In this document: positions 11,971 to 24,435 of the stretch, one piece after another | Layout of the letters: every line of letters begins with the position of its first letter | Position numbering within the stretch: position 1 is the first letter of the stretch | From: Felis catus | Lineage: Eukaryota | Length of the DNA: 64,000 nt | Direction: 5' to 3' | NCBI RefSeq assembly: GCF_018350175.1 | Contig: NC_058368.1 | Span: 185,072,001-185,136,000 of the forward strand | Notes under the pieces: model-generated | What the model was told of the DNA's origin: nothing | Database searches by the model: none | The model's input: the letters and a program-made list of their open reading frames with translations, nothing else | Program-made: the position numbers and the translations under genes

Positions 11971-12190
11971 GGGGTGCCGGGGTGGCTCAGTTGGATAAGT
12001 GTCCAATTTCAGCCCAGGTCATGATCCTACATTTCATGGGTTTGAGCCCCATGTCAGGCTTTGTGCTGATGGCTTGAAGCCTGGAGCTTGCTTCAGATTC
12101 TGTGTCTCCTTCTCTCTCTTCCCCTTTCCTGCCTGTACTCTGTCTCTCGGTCTCCCAAAAAATAAATAAATATTAAAAAAATTAAAAAAA
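11971..12190 (+). mobile_element. Can-SINE
   Basis: TSD agagacatttagttt (11956-11970) / agaaacattcagttt (12191-12205). Confidence 0.94.
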
Positions 12191-12305
12191 AGAAACATTC
12201 AGTTTCTTTTCAGTCTTTCTGTATTATAATAATGCTGTGGTGACATGTTTGATCAAACTTTTTTTTTTGCACATGTACACGTATTTCTTTAAAAAACTGT
12301 TTAAT

Positions 12306-12783
12306 ATACCCCAATGTTTATAGCAGCACTATTAACAATAGCCAAAGTATGGAAAGAGCCCAATGTCCATCGATGGAGGAATGGATAAAGATGTGGTATA
12401 TATATACAATGGAGTATTACTTGGCAATCAAAAAGAATGAAATCTTGCCATTTGCAACTACGTGGATGGAACTAGAGGGTATTATGCTAAACGAAATTAG
12501 TCAGAGAAAGATGAGTATCATATGAGACTTTAAGACACAGAACAGATGAACATAAAGGAAGGGAAGCAAAAATACAAAAACAGGGAGGGGGACAAAAACA
12601 TAAGAGACTCTTTAAATATGGAGAACAAACACAGGGTTACTGGAGGGGGTGTGGAAGGGGAGATGGGATAAATGGGAACGGGGAATTAAGGAATCTACTC
12701 CTGAAATCATTATTGCACTATATGCTAACTCACTTGGATGTAAATTAAAAAAATAAATTAAAGAACAACAACAACAACAACAA
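12306..12783 (+). mobile_element. Carnivore/felid L1 3' end (ORF2 tail and 3'UTR), 5'-truncated
   Basis: accccaatgtttatagcagcac...aagaatgaaatcttgccatttgcaactacgtggatggaactagag; A/(CAA)n tail; degenerate TSD aaactgttta/aacctgttta. Confidence 0.9.
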
Positions 12784-12811
12784 ACCTGTTTAGTGGCTCC
12801 TTGCCAAGGTC

Positions 12812-13465
12812 TGTGTTTTCCAAAGTTAACTGCATCCTGTTTCTTGAATTTTGCCATGTATGCATAGCACATTATCATTATATGCTTAATTTTCCCCTTA
12901 AATTAACTGATTTTAATTTTATTTTAAATAGAAGCTTTGTATTATTTAATTCTCCTCCTTCACACAAATAGGAAATGAGTGTCACTTGCCATAAATAAGT
13001 GGTAACTTAAAAAAATGCATATTTGTCAAAAACAGCTTTATTGAAAGGTGCCTGGGTGGCTCAGTCGGTTAAGCGTCTGTCTTCAGCTCAGGTCATGATC
13101 TTACGGTTCATGAGTTCAAACCCTGCATTGGGGTCTCTGATGTCAGCCCAGAGTCCTTTGGGTCCTTTGTCCCCCTCTCTGTCCTCCAAGCTCACACTCT
13201 CCCTCTCAAAAATAAATAAACATTAAAAAAAAACAGCTTTATTGAACTCTAAGTGAAAGTGATTCCTTTTGTTAAAAGGGAATTAACAAATTGTTAGAGA
13301 GGTGTTAAAGTCATATTAGTACCAAACCAAAAACCTTCTCCCTCAAGTCTTCTGAAAATTAAAATTAAAATGGAACATATTTTTCACTGTGCAATTCAAT
13401 ATTATTTAATTCCATGTTCATGCACCACCTAAAATAATTTCATACACCATCAGTGGGTAAACTCT
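12812..13465. mobile_element. hAT-Charlie-like DNA transposon relic, interrupted by a SINE
   Basis: Ends resemble Charlie termini (tgttttccaaagt... and catgcaccacctaaaataatttcatacaccatcagtgg); from recall only. Confidence 0.45.
13046..13228 (+). mobile_element. Can-SINE
   Basis: Exact 18-bp TSD aaaaacagctttattgaa at 13028-13045 and 13229-13246. Confidence 0.94.
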
Positions 13466-13754
13466 CTTTTTAGTCTTGTAAGTACACCACTAACAGTATT
13501 ATCTTCCTTCAATTCTTCATCATGTCACCTTTCTGCTCAAAGATTCTTTAGATCTTTATTGCCTAGAGAATAAAGTAAATATCCTAAAACTTAAGGCCCA
13601 TCATTGGATGTCAACCCGCTTCAGTCTGGACTGCTCTCGTGTCTTTATTACTTTTTGAGTTTCTTTATGATTACTATATACACGCATTGTGACATTCCAG
13701 CTGTATATCTTCTCTTGCATTCTGGTTATTTTGTCTTCTCTAATATATCATTAC

Positions 13755-13845
13755 TTCTTTAGGGCAAGAACTGTGCCTTTCCTTTTATGCTTTCTTATCC
13801 CTCGCCGTGCCTAGCACAGTGCCTGTACGTGGTAGGTGCTCCATC
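13755..13845 (+). mobile_element. L2 3' end relic
   Basis: agggcaagaactgtgcc...gtgcctagcacagtgcctgtacgtggtaggtgctc. Confidence 0.75.
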
Positions 13846-16640
13846 GACTTAAGAGTCTATTTTAAGTTTACTTTATAGACTTTATTTGTTATGACAAATT
13901 AAGCATTCATTACATAAAACTTAGAGATGATTCAATTATCAGGTCATCTAAATTCTCATCATAACACAATTATGAAATTCTTCTTTAAAATACCTCAACA
14001 TTAAAAAATACAACAGAAAAAATACAACAGAAGGAGAACTTTCTAGTGGTGACACTTTTCTACTGAGTTTGAGTTCATGTTCACTGTATTTGTTTCCTTA
14101 ATTTGAAAGGCTAAGCTCCCATGACTTTTTATGAACTAGCTGATTTCTACGTTCCTGAGTTGCTTTTGGAACACATTTTATCTTAATAAGAATAACCCAT
14201 CAAGCAAGAAAGCCAGCAGGCTCCTCATTATCATGCTCTGTATATAGGAGTTTATCTTTTGCTGCCAAACCTGAATTCCACACTGTCCGACTTTACAAAA
14301 TGGATTGTTTTTAATAGGTAAGTTTGAGTGACAAAGGCAGAGAGCAAGCCAGTGCCCCGTCCTCTCAGTTGATAGGATTAGATCTAAATGAATAAAGACA
14401 TGTGATGGGCTGCAGGCTTTAGGGGAAAGTCTGCAGTGCACATTGGTACTTGTGAGCACCATTAACATTCTCTGCCTGCTGTACTAACTCTTTAAAATGC
14501 CATTTGCATTGACGATGGTATAATTGACATTGCTCCCCGAGGAGCTCAGAGGATTGTTGGGAGGTGGAATCAAAGAAAATTCATCTCTTCTGAAGGCTCT
14601 CGTCTGGCAACAAAATGCAGAGAGAAAAGCACTCTTGTTACTGGGTGATGTCATATTAATAAAAAACAAACAGGCACAAAAATCTATCCATCATCACATT
14701 TTTTTCCAGTAGCCCTTTTATCTCATCACACCTTATCTCTCTAATTGGCATCCATCAGCCTTTGTCTGGATGTGTGATATTATTATTATTACTTTTTTTC
14801 ACTAAATAGCTGTTAAGATTCTTTATGATCTGTTTGCTCCCACTGATCGCTCTTCAAAAAGTTAACTTTTGTTGTTCTAGCAATAGCTTAATGTCCCAAA
14901 TACCTATGAATGTGTATGAGGGAAGAGTCTTGGGCATGGGACTCAGTATTCAGTCTCTGCTATAACTGAACTGGGTTGAAATCACTGTAAATGAACATGA
15001 CCTTTTAGAAGTCAAAGAACAACTGCAGGATGTTGAACCATAATCCAGAAAGACACATACACAGATGTGAATAAGACACACAGATAAATGAAACTGTCAG
15101 GGCTTCAACAAAATCAGTTGTGATGTCTTTACTCCCTAGGTTTGTACTGGATCAGTGTATGTTAGCATAATTCTGATGTGTTTTGTGAATAATGGGATAA
15201 GTAGAGAAAATAAGTAATTTCTAACTAGCATTTCATAATAGTTACTTTAGAAGCAAGTGATTTATTATAGCATTTTATAGAATTTAAATCAGGCAAAAGA
15301 CTATAGATAATCAAAGTGGAACATAATCTATAGCCCTAATAATTGGTTTCTCATGCAGCAAGGAATCGAGGGATAGTTTTTTGTTTTGATGTGTTTTTTT
15401 TTTTTTTTGGAAAAATGCCAGTGAGAAATCTGTTTTTCTAAAAATGAAAAATATCTTATCATGCTGTGGTGTTAGAAAACATAACCCAAAGGCATTGGAT
15501 TACCTGAAGGGTCTTTTGCCCATCCAGAAAAGATCAAAATATGTTTGGTGATATTTTGAGGTTGTTCACTTAATTGTATTATAATTTTTGGATTGCTAAT
15601 CTGTGTCTATTATATATGTCTTGCAGCATGTTTGCTGGCAAGGAAGAGAGAGCTATTCAAATTTGCATTAGGAAATTCTGGAAATAATAGAGGGGAATCG
15701 CAGAAAAGTCAGTTTCAGGCAGTGCATCTAGATTTGAAGGGGAGCAAAAGAGGCAGAAACTCTACTCAGGCCGGCTGAAGCAAGAGGGATGGTTTAACAA
15801 ATCTAAAAAGCATGTATGAATCAGTACGTTTATATTCAGGTGCACAGACAATATCAGGAATTTGTCCCTAAGCTGAGTTTTCTTCTGTGCAGGCTTTATT
15901 TTTGGGTAGGCTTCCTCCTGGTGGTGAAGTTGCAACTTCATTGTACATTTTCAGATCTTAGCAACCCTAGTGAAGATATATTTCCTCTCCTAATAGGTCT
16001 TACAAAAATGCTGGGTTTTGGCCCTCACTCTTCCAAATTGGGTCATGAGCTGGTGCCTAAACCCATCATTTCAGCCCTATTTGAGGAAACCTGTTTCATG
16101 TGGATTGAACACTGGAATAGGGGTGGAAGAATAGAATCAATTTCACAAGAACAAGTTGAAATAGGGGAGGAGTGGTTCCTTGAAGGAACGCTGCGGTCTG
16201 TTAACAGGAGAAGAAAGTACAGTAGGGGCTGTTGGTGCTTCTCCTGGATCCCTGTACCAAGGCAGGGGGCATCCATCCCTGAGCTGCTGGGAGTGTTGCA
16301 GGCTAACAGCTCAGAGCTTCCCTCTTCTCCAGATAATGCCTTCAGCCAAAGGAATCAGCTCATCCAGAAAGTAAACCACCCCCTCCAGCAACGTGCATCT
16401 GGTGACTGATTCAAGGGGACGAAGGGCTGTCCTTTTTCTCAAAGAGGGAATAAATTAATAATGCATGTCTTGCTCCAAAGCTTCAGGAGAGAGCATAACC
16501 TTGATTGGCTGTCACTCCTGCCCTGTCCCGCTTCCCTTACCTGCCTCGGTAAATAACTCCTTCTCAGTTTCTGCTTCTAAGGTGCATAACCTAAGACATT
16601 AGGAATGGATGTTAGACAAGGAAAATAACTAATGTCCATT

Positions 16641-16857
16641 CTAAATTTTTAAAAAGTGTTTATTTATTTTTGAGAGAGTAAAACAGAGTGTGAGCAGGGG
16701 AGGGGCAGAGAGAGAGGGAGACAGAATCTGAGGGAGGCTCCACCCAGGCTCCGAGCTGTCAGAACAGAGTCCAACATGGGGCTCCAACCCACAAACCATG
16801 AGATCATAGCGTGAGCCAAAGTTGGACACTTAATGGACTGAGCCACCCAGGCACCCC
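16641..16857 (-). mobile_element. Can-SINE
   Basis: Reverse SINE; TSD aactaatgtccatt / aattaatgtccatt. Confidence 0.94.
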
Positions 16858-16879
16858 AATTAATGTCCATTGTAGACAA

Positions 16880-17285
16880 GAACTGAGATCTTTCTCTTCA
16901 TCTCTCAGGGTTTCTTCCAGACTTTTCCTCTCTATGAATGTCTATTTCATTCTCTTGGAACACAGTACAGCCTCTGGTTCTCAGTGCTTGCTGATGATCC
17001 TTTTGCCTTTTCCTGATCTCTAAATATCTCAATATTGGTATGCTCAGTACTCAGTCTCCCTTTTTTCATCTATCCTCATTTCCTGAAAAACTTTATACAG
17101 TGACATGGTTTCTAATGGCCATCACTGATAATTTCCATATTTTACATCTCCAACTTTATCTCTCCTGGAATATCAGACTCATGTCCAACAGCCTCCTTGA
17201 CATTTCCACTTAGATATATAACAAGTATCTTATAGTTAATAGAAATCTTGATCCAACCCCCTAAACCCATTTCTCCTTGAGTCTT
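16880..17285 (+). mobile_element. L2 internal relic
   Basis: actgataatttccatattttacatctccaactttatctctcctggaatatcagactcatgtccaacagcctccttgacatttccacttagat. Confidence 0.7.
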
Positions 17286-17594
17286 TCTGATGATTAGAGG
17301 AAAAGGCTCTGATTGATCAAATATTCTGTTAGAGTGATCCCGCTGTGGTAAATATGATCACCAATCTGCCTGTTCTTCTGTGGGACTCAAGCTGTTACTT
17401 ACAAAGCCATTTTGGTACCACATGTACAAACAGGGCTTCCTGCTTCTCATGCGGATAAAACTTACCAATCTAAGTGAAGGTGGAAAATTTAAGTAGATTC
17501 TGCTTGATTTTCTTATTTCATTGAAATGAGAAGTGGAATAAGCAAAATGAAGGAATAACAGGAGGTAGAATCCTGTAAAAGCATCATCCTGTGT

Positions 17595-17780
17595 AGCAAC
17601 CTTGGCACTATTGACATTTTGAGGTGGTAATTCTTGTCATGGGAGGGCTCTCCTTGTGTGTTGCAGGGTGCTTAGCAGTGTCTCTGGCCTCTACTGCATC
17701 CCAAAGTCATGGAAGTAAAAAAATGTCTCTAGACATTGCCAAATCTCCCTGGTAGTCAAAATTACCCCTAATTGAGAAGT
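17595..17780 (+). mobile_element. MER20-like hAT-Charlie MITE
   Basis: caaccttggcactattgacatttt...aatgtctctagacattgccaaat...aaaattacccctaattgagaa. Confidence 0.8.
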
Positions 17781-18609
17781 TCACCATTGGAAAGTAAATG
17801 TGTGGATGTCAGACTGTCACCAAACTCCATTTATAGCCCATCCTACTGTGGAGAGAATCCAATAAGGGGTGAAGAGAAGTGTGGAAGCTTTTTGTTCATC
17901 TCTTTCTAAGAGAAAGCTGAAGTTCTGACCAAAGTTGGTATTTTATCAGGCAAAATGAGACTACAGAAAGAAAGAGTATAAGAAGATATTCTTATGAGGC
18001 TTTACTGTATACTATCTTTTCACATTATGTTGAGGTATAGTTTATTCATTTCATTCAAATATGCATTCAGTTAGGCTTATCCTTCCAAACTGACTTGTTA
18101 AAAGATTTAGATCTCAAACCCTATGCTATTCATTTAAAGTCTCAGATAAATATAGCAAACAGTTTATATGACAGTTTGTAGTATTTCATGAAACAAAATA
18201 ATTTTTTTTTCTCGCTTAATTCTTACTTTAATTATAGAAGACATCTCTGTGTTAAGAGATGCATGGTAAATGTGGAGTTTAGGAGTAGTACCCAACTCTA
18301 TTCAGGATTTCTCCCTTGTTTAGTTTGATTTGTGTTTTAGCCTAATAGGTATTGACCTCTGGTTCGATGCATAACCAAACCAAACCAAACAAAACCTAAC
18401 ATAGCTCCAAGTCAAGTTTTCACATTTGATTTTCTGCTTTTCTTTCACAAAGGTTAGGTATTCTGGCATCCTATTGAGGAGTGCTATAAAATTTGTTTTT
18501 TCCTTTGTTTTACTAATAAATCACCTCCAGAATTATATTCTTCTTCTCTGATTCTTAAGTATGATAATCCCTTCTTAATATTCTGCATGTAGCAATAATT
18601 CTTTGAGGG

Positions 18610-18648
<39 letters not shown>

Positions 18649-18681
18649 TCATCCATCCTTCTATCCATCCATCCATCCATC
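18610..18681. repeat. Compound (ATCT)n(ATCC)n microsatellite
   Basis: Direct reading. Confidence 0.95.
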
Positions 18682-19309
18682 CCCAAATTAGGAGAGGTTT
18701 ATCCAGATTCAATGTTAACCAACATAAGCTTGTGTGCATTTCATATGGTTCTTCTCTGCTTGTTGATTCTTGTATCAAATCAACTGTAAGAGAGTAGCTC
18801 ATTCCCTCTTTAGAGATTTTAATACAGGGAATCTTAAAACCATACTGCCTGGAACCTTAATATTTTGAACTGATTTAATATACATACCCCAGCATGTGCT
18901 TCTTTCAGACTGTTCCTTTCTTAGCTTTTTTAAGACCACATATTCTTTTCTTGTAGAGACTAACCTAGGGGAGATATATCTCTGCCATCCTTCCTTCTAT
19001 TTTGCCTATTTGTATTTTTGAGAGTTGTCCTTCTCAAATAATAAACATGATTCTGGCCATTTTAAGCCAAAAAGGATTTCATACTTTGAAAAAATTGTAC
19101 AAGTATTGGGATGCTACAAGAGCATTACTACTGCATTTAACAATGAAATTTAAAAGCCTTTTTTGCCTTTGTGTCACTTGGTCAAACTTTAATGTATAGA
19201 ATGGGGGTAACCAGTTGTCTGGGATCAGGTCATGTGCCTGGAGGAAAGATGACAATTTGACTCCTTCTGCAGCACAGAACAATAAGGCATGTCTCCTACT
19301 AAATATACA

Positions 19310-19760
19310 TGATGTGGGTTGAATTGTGTCTCCTTAAAAGCTATGGTGAAGTCCTAGCCCCCAGTATGTATGAAGGTAACCTTGTTTGGAAATAGGGTCT
19401 GATGTAATCCAGTTAAAATGAAGTCATACTGGGTTAGAGTGGATTATACACCAATGACTGATGTCCTTATAAGAGGGAAATTTGGACACAGATATATAGG
19501 GAAACACCATGTGATGATGGAGCAGAGACTGGAGTGATGTAGCAGCAAGTCATGTATAACAACAAGAATTGCCAGCAACCACCAGAAGTGAAGAAGAGAC
19601 AAAGAAGGGTCCTCTCCTGGAGTCTTCAAAGAGAGCATGGGCTTGCTGATACTTTGGTTTCAGACTTGTAGACTCCAGCACTGTGAGAGAATAAATTTCT
19701 ATTGTTCTAAGCCATCTGGTTTGTTTTAATTTGTTATTGCACTCCTAGGAAACTAATATA
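19310..19760 (+). mobile_element. MaLR solo LTR (MLT1B/C-like)
   Basis: tg..gggttgaattgtgtc start; ctgtgagagaataaatttctattgttctaagcca...ctaggaaactaatata end; 5-bp TSD ataca/acaca. Confidence 0.88.
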
Positions 19761-21659
19761 ACACACAATGGGGGAATTCTGAAATTGTAAAAGGGTCAAG
19801 TGGGTGCTGGACAACTGTAGAAATCCAAAGGTTGAGGAAGGAGAGTGTATGAGGAGACAGTATTCTGTTCATCTCCAAGAGGCACTCTCTTAGTGGATGA
19901 ATGAACACCCAGTTTTCTTATTGGGACAGATCCCGGATCTCTCAGGCATCAAACTATAATGGAAGAGAAATGAAATCTCTTTCTATCTTCCCTCTGGGTT
20001 GCTCTGTCTGATGAACCAAAGCATGGGGAAAGGATTTTTTTTTTCTTTATCCAGTTTCATAAGCCATAGCATTGTGAGAAGTTCCTCCCAGATTTTGACA
20101 GTAATGTATCTATTCATCTTTATTCTAAGTTCTTTTTTGGTTGTTATTACGTGGGAATATACATGAGACTTTTTTTGTGTGTGAGAAGTTAGGAGGATCT
20201 ACAATGAGACACCTTTTAAAATTCCCCCATTACCTTTTTTGTCTTTTAATTAATAAGCTTATGTAAATAAGTTTAGGGAATAGGGCAAAAATAACACCAA
20301 GCAAGACCTCATTCATATTGTGATATCTAAAATCTTGTGAACTTTTTGTTTTCTTTCTCCTATAATATGGGACAGTATGCCTGTTTCTAGAGACTTCTAG
20401 ATTACTTAGAGTTAATCTGGTCTGGATGCTGCAGTCCTAATTAACAAATTATAGACCTGAAAATTTTCCCTTCTATAATATCTTGGCTTGAATTATGTGA
20501 TATATAAATAGCATTAAGCTAATTTAAAGAACTCTAAAATTAAAATTATGCATTCAAATAATAACCAACAGAACCAGTTAAGAGTCAGAAGAGTGCAGTT
20601 GCTTTTGAATAAGAATTCAAATGATTTATTGGAGATTAACTCTTAAACCAAGTGTAAGAGAATAAAGACATAATCTTGGACTTTGAAATACTTTTGAGAG
20701 CATTTTGACCAACAATTTTTTAGCTTGAAGTTTATTTTCAATGTCTGTTCCAGGAATGTAATTGAAGAAAAACTGTCTAGTCTAATTTAGAATTTTATCC
20801 TCTATTTTAAGCTTTGAACAAGTTAACAAAAATAAGAATTTTAAGACCTTAAATAAAATTTTTCAAAAATTAGAAATCTTTCTCTATTTTACTTATGTTG
20901 AGGATATGTTTTTTGTTTTTTCATTAAAAAGCAGAGAAAGCCACAGTTATCTTTAGCAAATTTCAAGGCATCTATTCTCATAGATGTGGTATTTACAAAC
21001 GAAGGCTATCCAAGACAATATAAAAAGCAGTGAGATTTGATGAAAGGAAATAGGTGTTTTATTTTTGTACTGTTACTGCTGTCAATCAACCCTGCAGAGA
21101 AAATGGAGAAGAAAGAAACATCAAAAGGACTAAGTCAGGTACCTCTAAATGCTACGGGTGGTGTCTGTGCATTGGTTTGCAAATGAAAAGATTTTTCTTC
21201 TTCCTACTCATTTTTTAAAGACTCCCTGAACAAGGGGAAAAAAGTAATTTAGATAGAAAATTCAGAGTCATTGAAAATTGGTTTGTGGGAGCTTGTAAAA
21301 TTAATTTTAGTTGCAAGGCCTTTTAATATTAGGGTGTGTCCTATGCCCTGTACCCTTTTAAATAATTCTTTTATGTTGCTCAGGGCAGATATATTTTGAA
21401 AGTGGCACCTCTATTAACCTTAGCTGTAAACTTCTGAGAAAAAAAATCACAGGAGCTGTATTTTGAATGCTACCCATGCTGAACAATTGTCACAGAACAT
21501 TAGTTTGGAATCTAAATGGAGTCTTGACTATTCTTTTTAGGTAGGAGAGAAACAAGACTGTGAAGAAAAACAAAGATGCCTCTCACCATGAATTTCTATT
21601 ATAGTATTGATATGATTTGTCAGATGGTCTAGAAAGAGTAAGAATTAAAATAATAAATC

Positions 21660-21873
21660 AAAAATTTTTTAATGTTTTATTTATTTTTGAGAGAGAAGAG
21701 AGAGAGTATGAGTGAGGGAGGAACAGAGAGAGGGAGACACAGAATCCGAAGCAGGCTCCAGGCTCTGAGCTGTCAGCACAGAGCCCGACGCGGGGCTTGA
21801 ACCCACGAACCCGTGAGATCATGACCCGAGCTGAAGTCGGACGCTTAACTTACTGAGCCACCTAGGCACCCCC
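21660..21873 (-). mobile_element. Felid Can-SINE
   Basis: Reverse SINE with retained CpGs, ending gagccacctaggcacccc. Confidence 0.94.
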
Positions 21874-21944
21874 AAATAAGAAATTTTTAAAGGGAGAGAG
21901 AATTATGTACAGAAGTCACAGTGCCAGACAACTAGACACTAACT

Positions 21945-22200
21945 CCTGTTTATTGAGTGCTTACAGGATGCCAGCACGGCCCTAAATGCATCACATGCTT
22001 TAAGCTCATATTTCCTCCTGACAGCTCTAACATTATCATCCTAATCTGACATCTGTCTAATATTATCATCCTAAATTTACACATGAAAACTGAGGCACAG
22101 AGGAGTTAAGAAACCTGGCTGAATTCTCTCCCTTAGTAAATGGTGGAACTAAGTTTTGATCTGGTAGTTTGCCTCCCTAGATCTTGCTCTTATTCTCTAC
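21945..22200 (-). mobile_element. MIR relic with internal duplication
   Basis: tttattgagtgcttacagg...gaaaactgaggcacagaggagttaag; 19-mer tctaa(c/t)attatcatcctaa present twice. Confidence 0.8.
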
Positions 22201-22347
22201 TCTCCTGTCTGCCTACCTTATAATAAATACCTCTTCCATCTCAACCCATTTAGATGTGTACAGGATGTAAATTTCAGTGAATAAGTGGAATGATTATTTA
22301 TAAATTTCTAGGTGTGTGATACTATTTGCAGACAAATGGTAATGGAC

Positions 22348-22782
22348 TGTGGTGGGCTTTTATTGATTTTGTCTGCTTAGCATCTTCTCTCTCTGATGTC
22401 GCTATCAGCATGCTGATTTTGCTTACAGAAATGTCCTTTCCTCAGCATATTTGTTTTGGTGCCCTGCCTTCCATTGGCTGAAGGGTAGATAAGGAGTGAA
22501 AGCTGGCTGGATCAGATTCTCTGTCCCTGGATTTTGAACCTTAAAAGGAAAGAGAAAGAGTTAAAATAGTTGGAGTTCTTTCATCCTGATGAGGGCTTCT
22601 GGAGGAGACTGATCTAAGTTCTTGCAGTGAATCATGATTCCTGAAGCTGTTCTCACAAGTCTGGCACTTTAGCTTTTCCTTAATTTCTATGAGCTGTCCC
22701 ATCTCCCTCCCATACATTTCTTCCTGCCTCAAGACAACCAGATACTATTTATTTTACTTGCAATGAAAGACAACCACTGACA
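22348..22782 (+). mobile_element. Old ERVL/MaLR-type solo LTR relic
   Basis: tgtggtggg start; 3' end ttcctgcctcaagacaaccaga...ttacttgcaatgaaagacaaccactgaca typical of old ERVL LTRs. Confidence 0.5.
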
Positions 22783-23804
22783 CTGATCACTGACGACTGT
22801 TCCTTTTTCATCAGGTTGACATAGCAGTGTTTTGGGGAGCCTCTATCAGTCACATTGGAATGCCTTGACCAGGGTTTGTATAATAAAGAAAAGGTGTAAG
22901 GGAGATTTAGGTCTGTTGCTTTCTTTCTGTCTAAATTGATAGAAACTCTGTTCTTCCTTGCAAACAGCCATTTGCCATTTTGTGTCAGAAAAATTAAAAT
23001 TGTTTTGGTAGAAATGAATTTTTGGTAGAAATGGATTCTAGTTTCACTCGGGAGCTCTTGTTGTATAGTAGGAAAGGATTGTAGGCAAAAGACGATTACA
23101 TTCTGGTATCAACTTGCTGTTATAAAAACTCTATTATATTAAATTCTTACCTAATTTATATTTTAAATGAGGAAAAATAGTCTTGGTTTACAGATGTGAA
23201 ATAGTTTAAAAACGATCACCATCATTATTTTGTAGAGCAAGTAGACCTACGGCACCCCTTCCTTCCTTGCCTCTTCTGCTTCCCTCTTGATAACCAACAC
23301 TACTCATTGCCTCACAGTTTCTTGAATTGACCAGACCGTTTTTCGAGTATCCCAAGTGATTTCTCTTGCTTGGGATGCCCTTCTCAAATTCGTCCATACA
23401 ATAAACATCTATTGATCCTCCAAGACCTAACTCCAACATCTTCTCTGTGATACAGCCTTCCCTCACTTTCCAAGCTTGGTTAATTACTTTGTCTTTAGAT
23501 ACCAATATATGGCATCTTATCTTATTAGAATATGTATTAAACACTATTTCAATTGTTTAACTACATTTTTGTTTTCATCATTTGTGAACGTCCATAGGGC
23601 AGCCCGTTGTAGTTTTGCATATGTGGTATACATTGTGACATCAAAAATGCTTAAATATGGAGCACGCCTAGACAAAGTTCCCAAGAAAAGTTGTCACTTA
23701 AAGGAAGTCTGTCACTGATGCTCTGTACATCTGAAAGCTCTTGGAAAATGCCAAAATCAATCCACAAGTGGTGTGTTTTATAAATAGGTTTTTTTCTTCA
23801 TTAT

Positions 23805-24014
23805 TATTATTTTTAAAAATTTTTAATGTTTATTTTGGGGGGGGGAGAGAGAGAGAGAGAGAGGCAGAGAGAGAGAGGGAGACACAGAATCCAAAGCAGG
23901 CTTCAGGCTCTGAGCTGTCAGCACAGAGCCTGATGTGACACTCAAACTCACAAACCACGAGATCATGACCTGAGCCAAAGTTGGACACGACCCACTGAGC
24001 CACCCAGGCGCCCC
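23805..24014 (-). mobile_element. Can-SINE
   Basis: Exact 13-bp TSD ttttcttcattat at 23792-23804 and 24015-24027. Confidence 0.94.
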
Positions 24015-24055
24015 TTTTCTTCATTATGAATACATTTTTGGATTATGTTACTAAC

Positions 24056-24435
24056 AGTCATAGTCCATTTAGGCTGCTATAACAAAAATACCATAGACTG
24101 GGTGGGTGGCTTCTAAACAAAAGAAATTTATTTCTCACAGTTCTGGAGGCTAGAACTCCAAGACGAGGGTGCCACCATGTTGAGCTGCGCTGAGGACCCA
24201 CTTCTGGGTTGCAAACTGTCATCTTCCCATTGTATCCTCATATGGCAGAGAGCAGAGAGGGGAAGCCAGCTCCCTTGGGACTCTTATAAGGGCACAAAGG
24301 CCATTCATTCACTGAGGCTCCTCTCATGACCTCATCTAATCCTAATCACCTCCTAAAGGCCCTACTTCCTAATATCATCACAATGAGGATTCAACCTGGG
24401 AGTTTTTAAGGGATGCACACATTCAGTCTGCAACA
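24056..24435 (-). mobile_element. MaLR solo LTR (MLT1A-like)
   Basis: tagtccatttaggctgctataacaaaaataccatagactgggtgg...atttatttctcacagttctggaggctag...cacattcagtctgcaaca; TSD ctaac/ctaag. Confidence 0.9.

Noticed and set aside
15816..16409. 197-aa ATG-initiated ORF
   Set aside because: No recognisable homology or motif; an ORF this long can occur by chance in 64 kb x 6 frames. Would need BLASTP or PhyloCSF support.
21098..21138. Possible micro-exon cctgcAG|agaaaATGGAGAAG...cag|GTacct
   Set aside because: Weak polypyrimidine tract and weak donor; peptide MEKKETSKGLSQ not recognised.
23590..23720. Possible MER91-like relic, plus possible Charlie-like (25015-25260) and LTR-like (39030-39520) relics
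   Set aside because: Too degraded to assign by eye; needs RepeatMasker/nhmmer.
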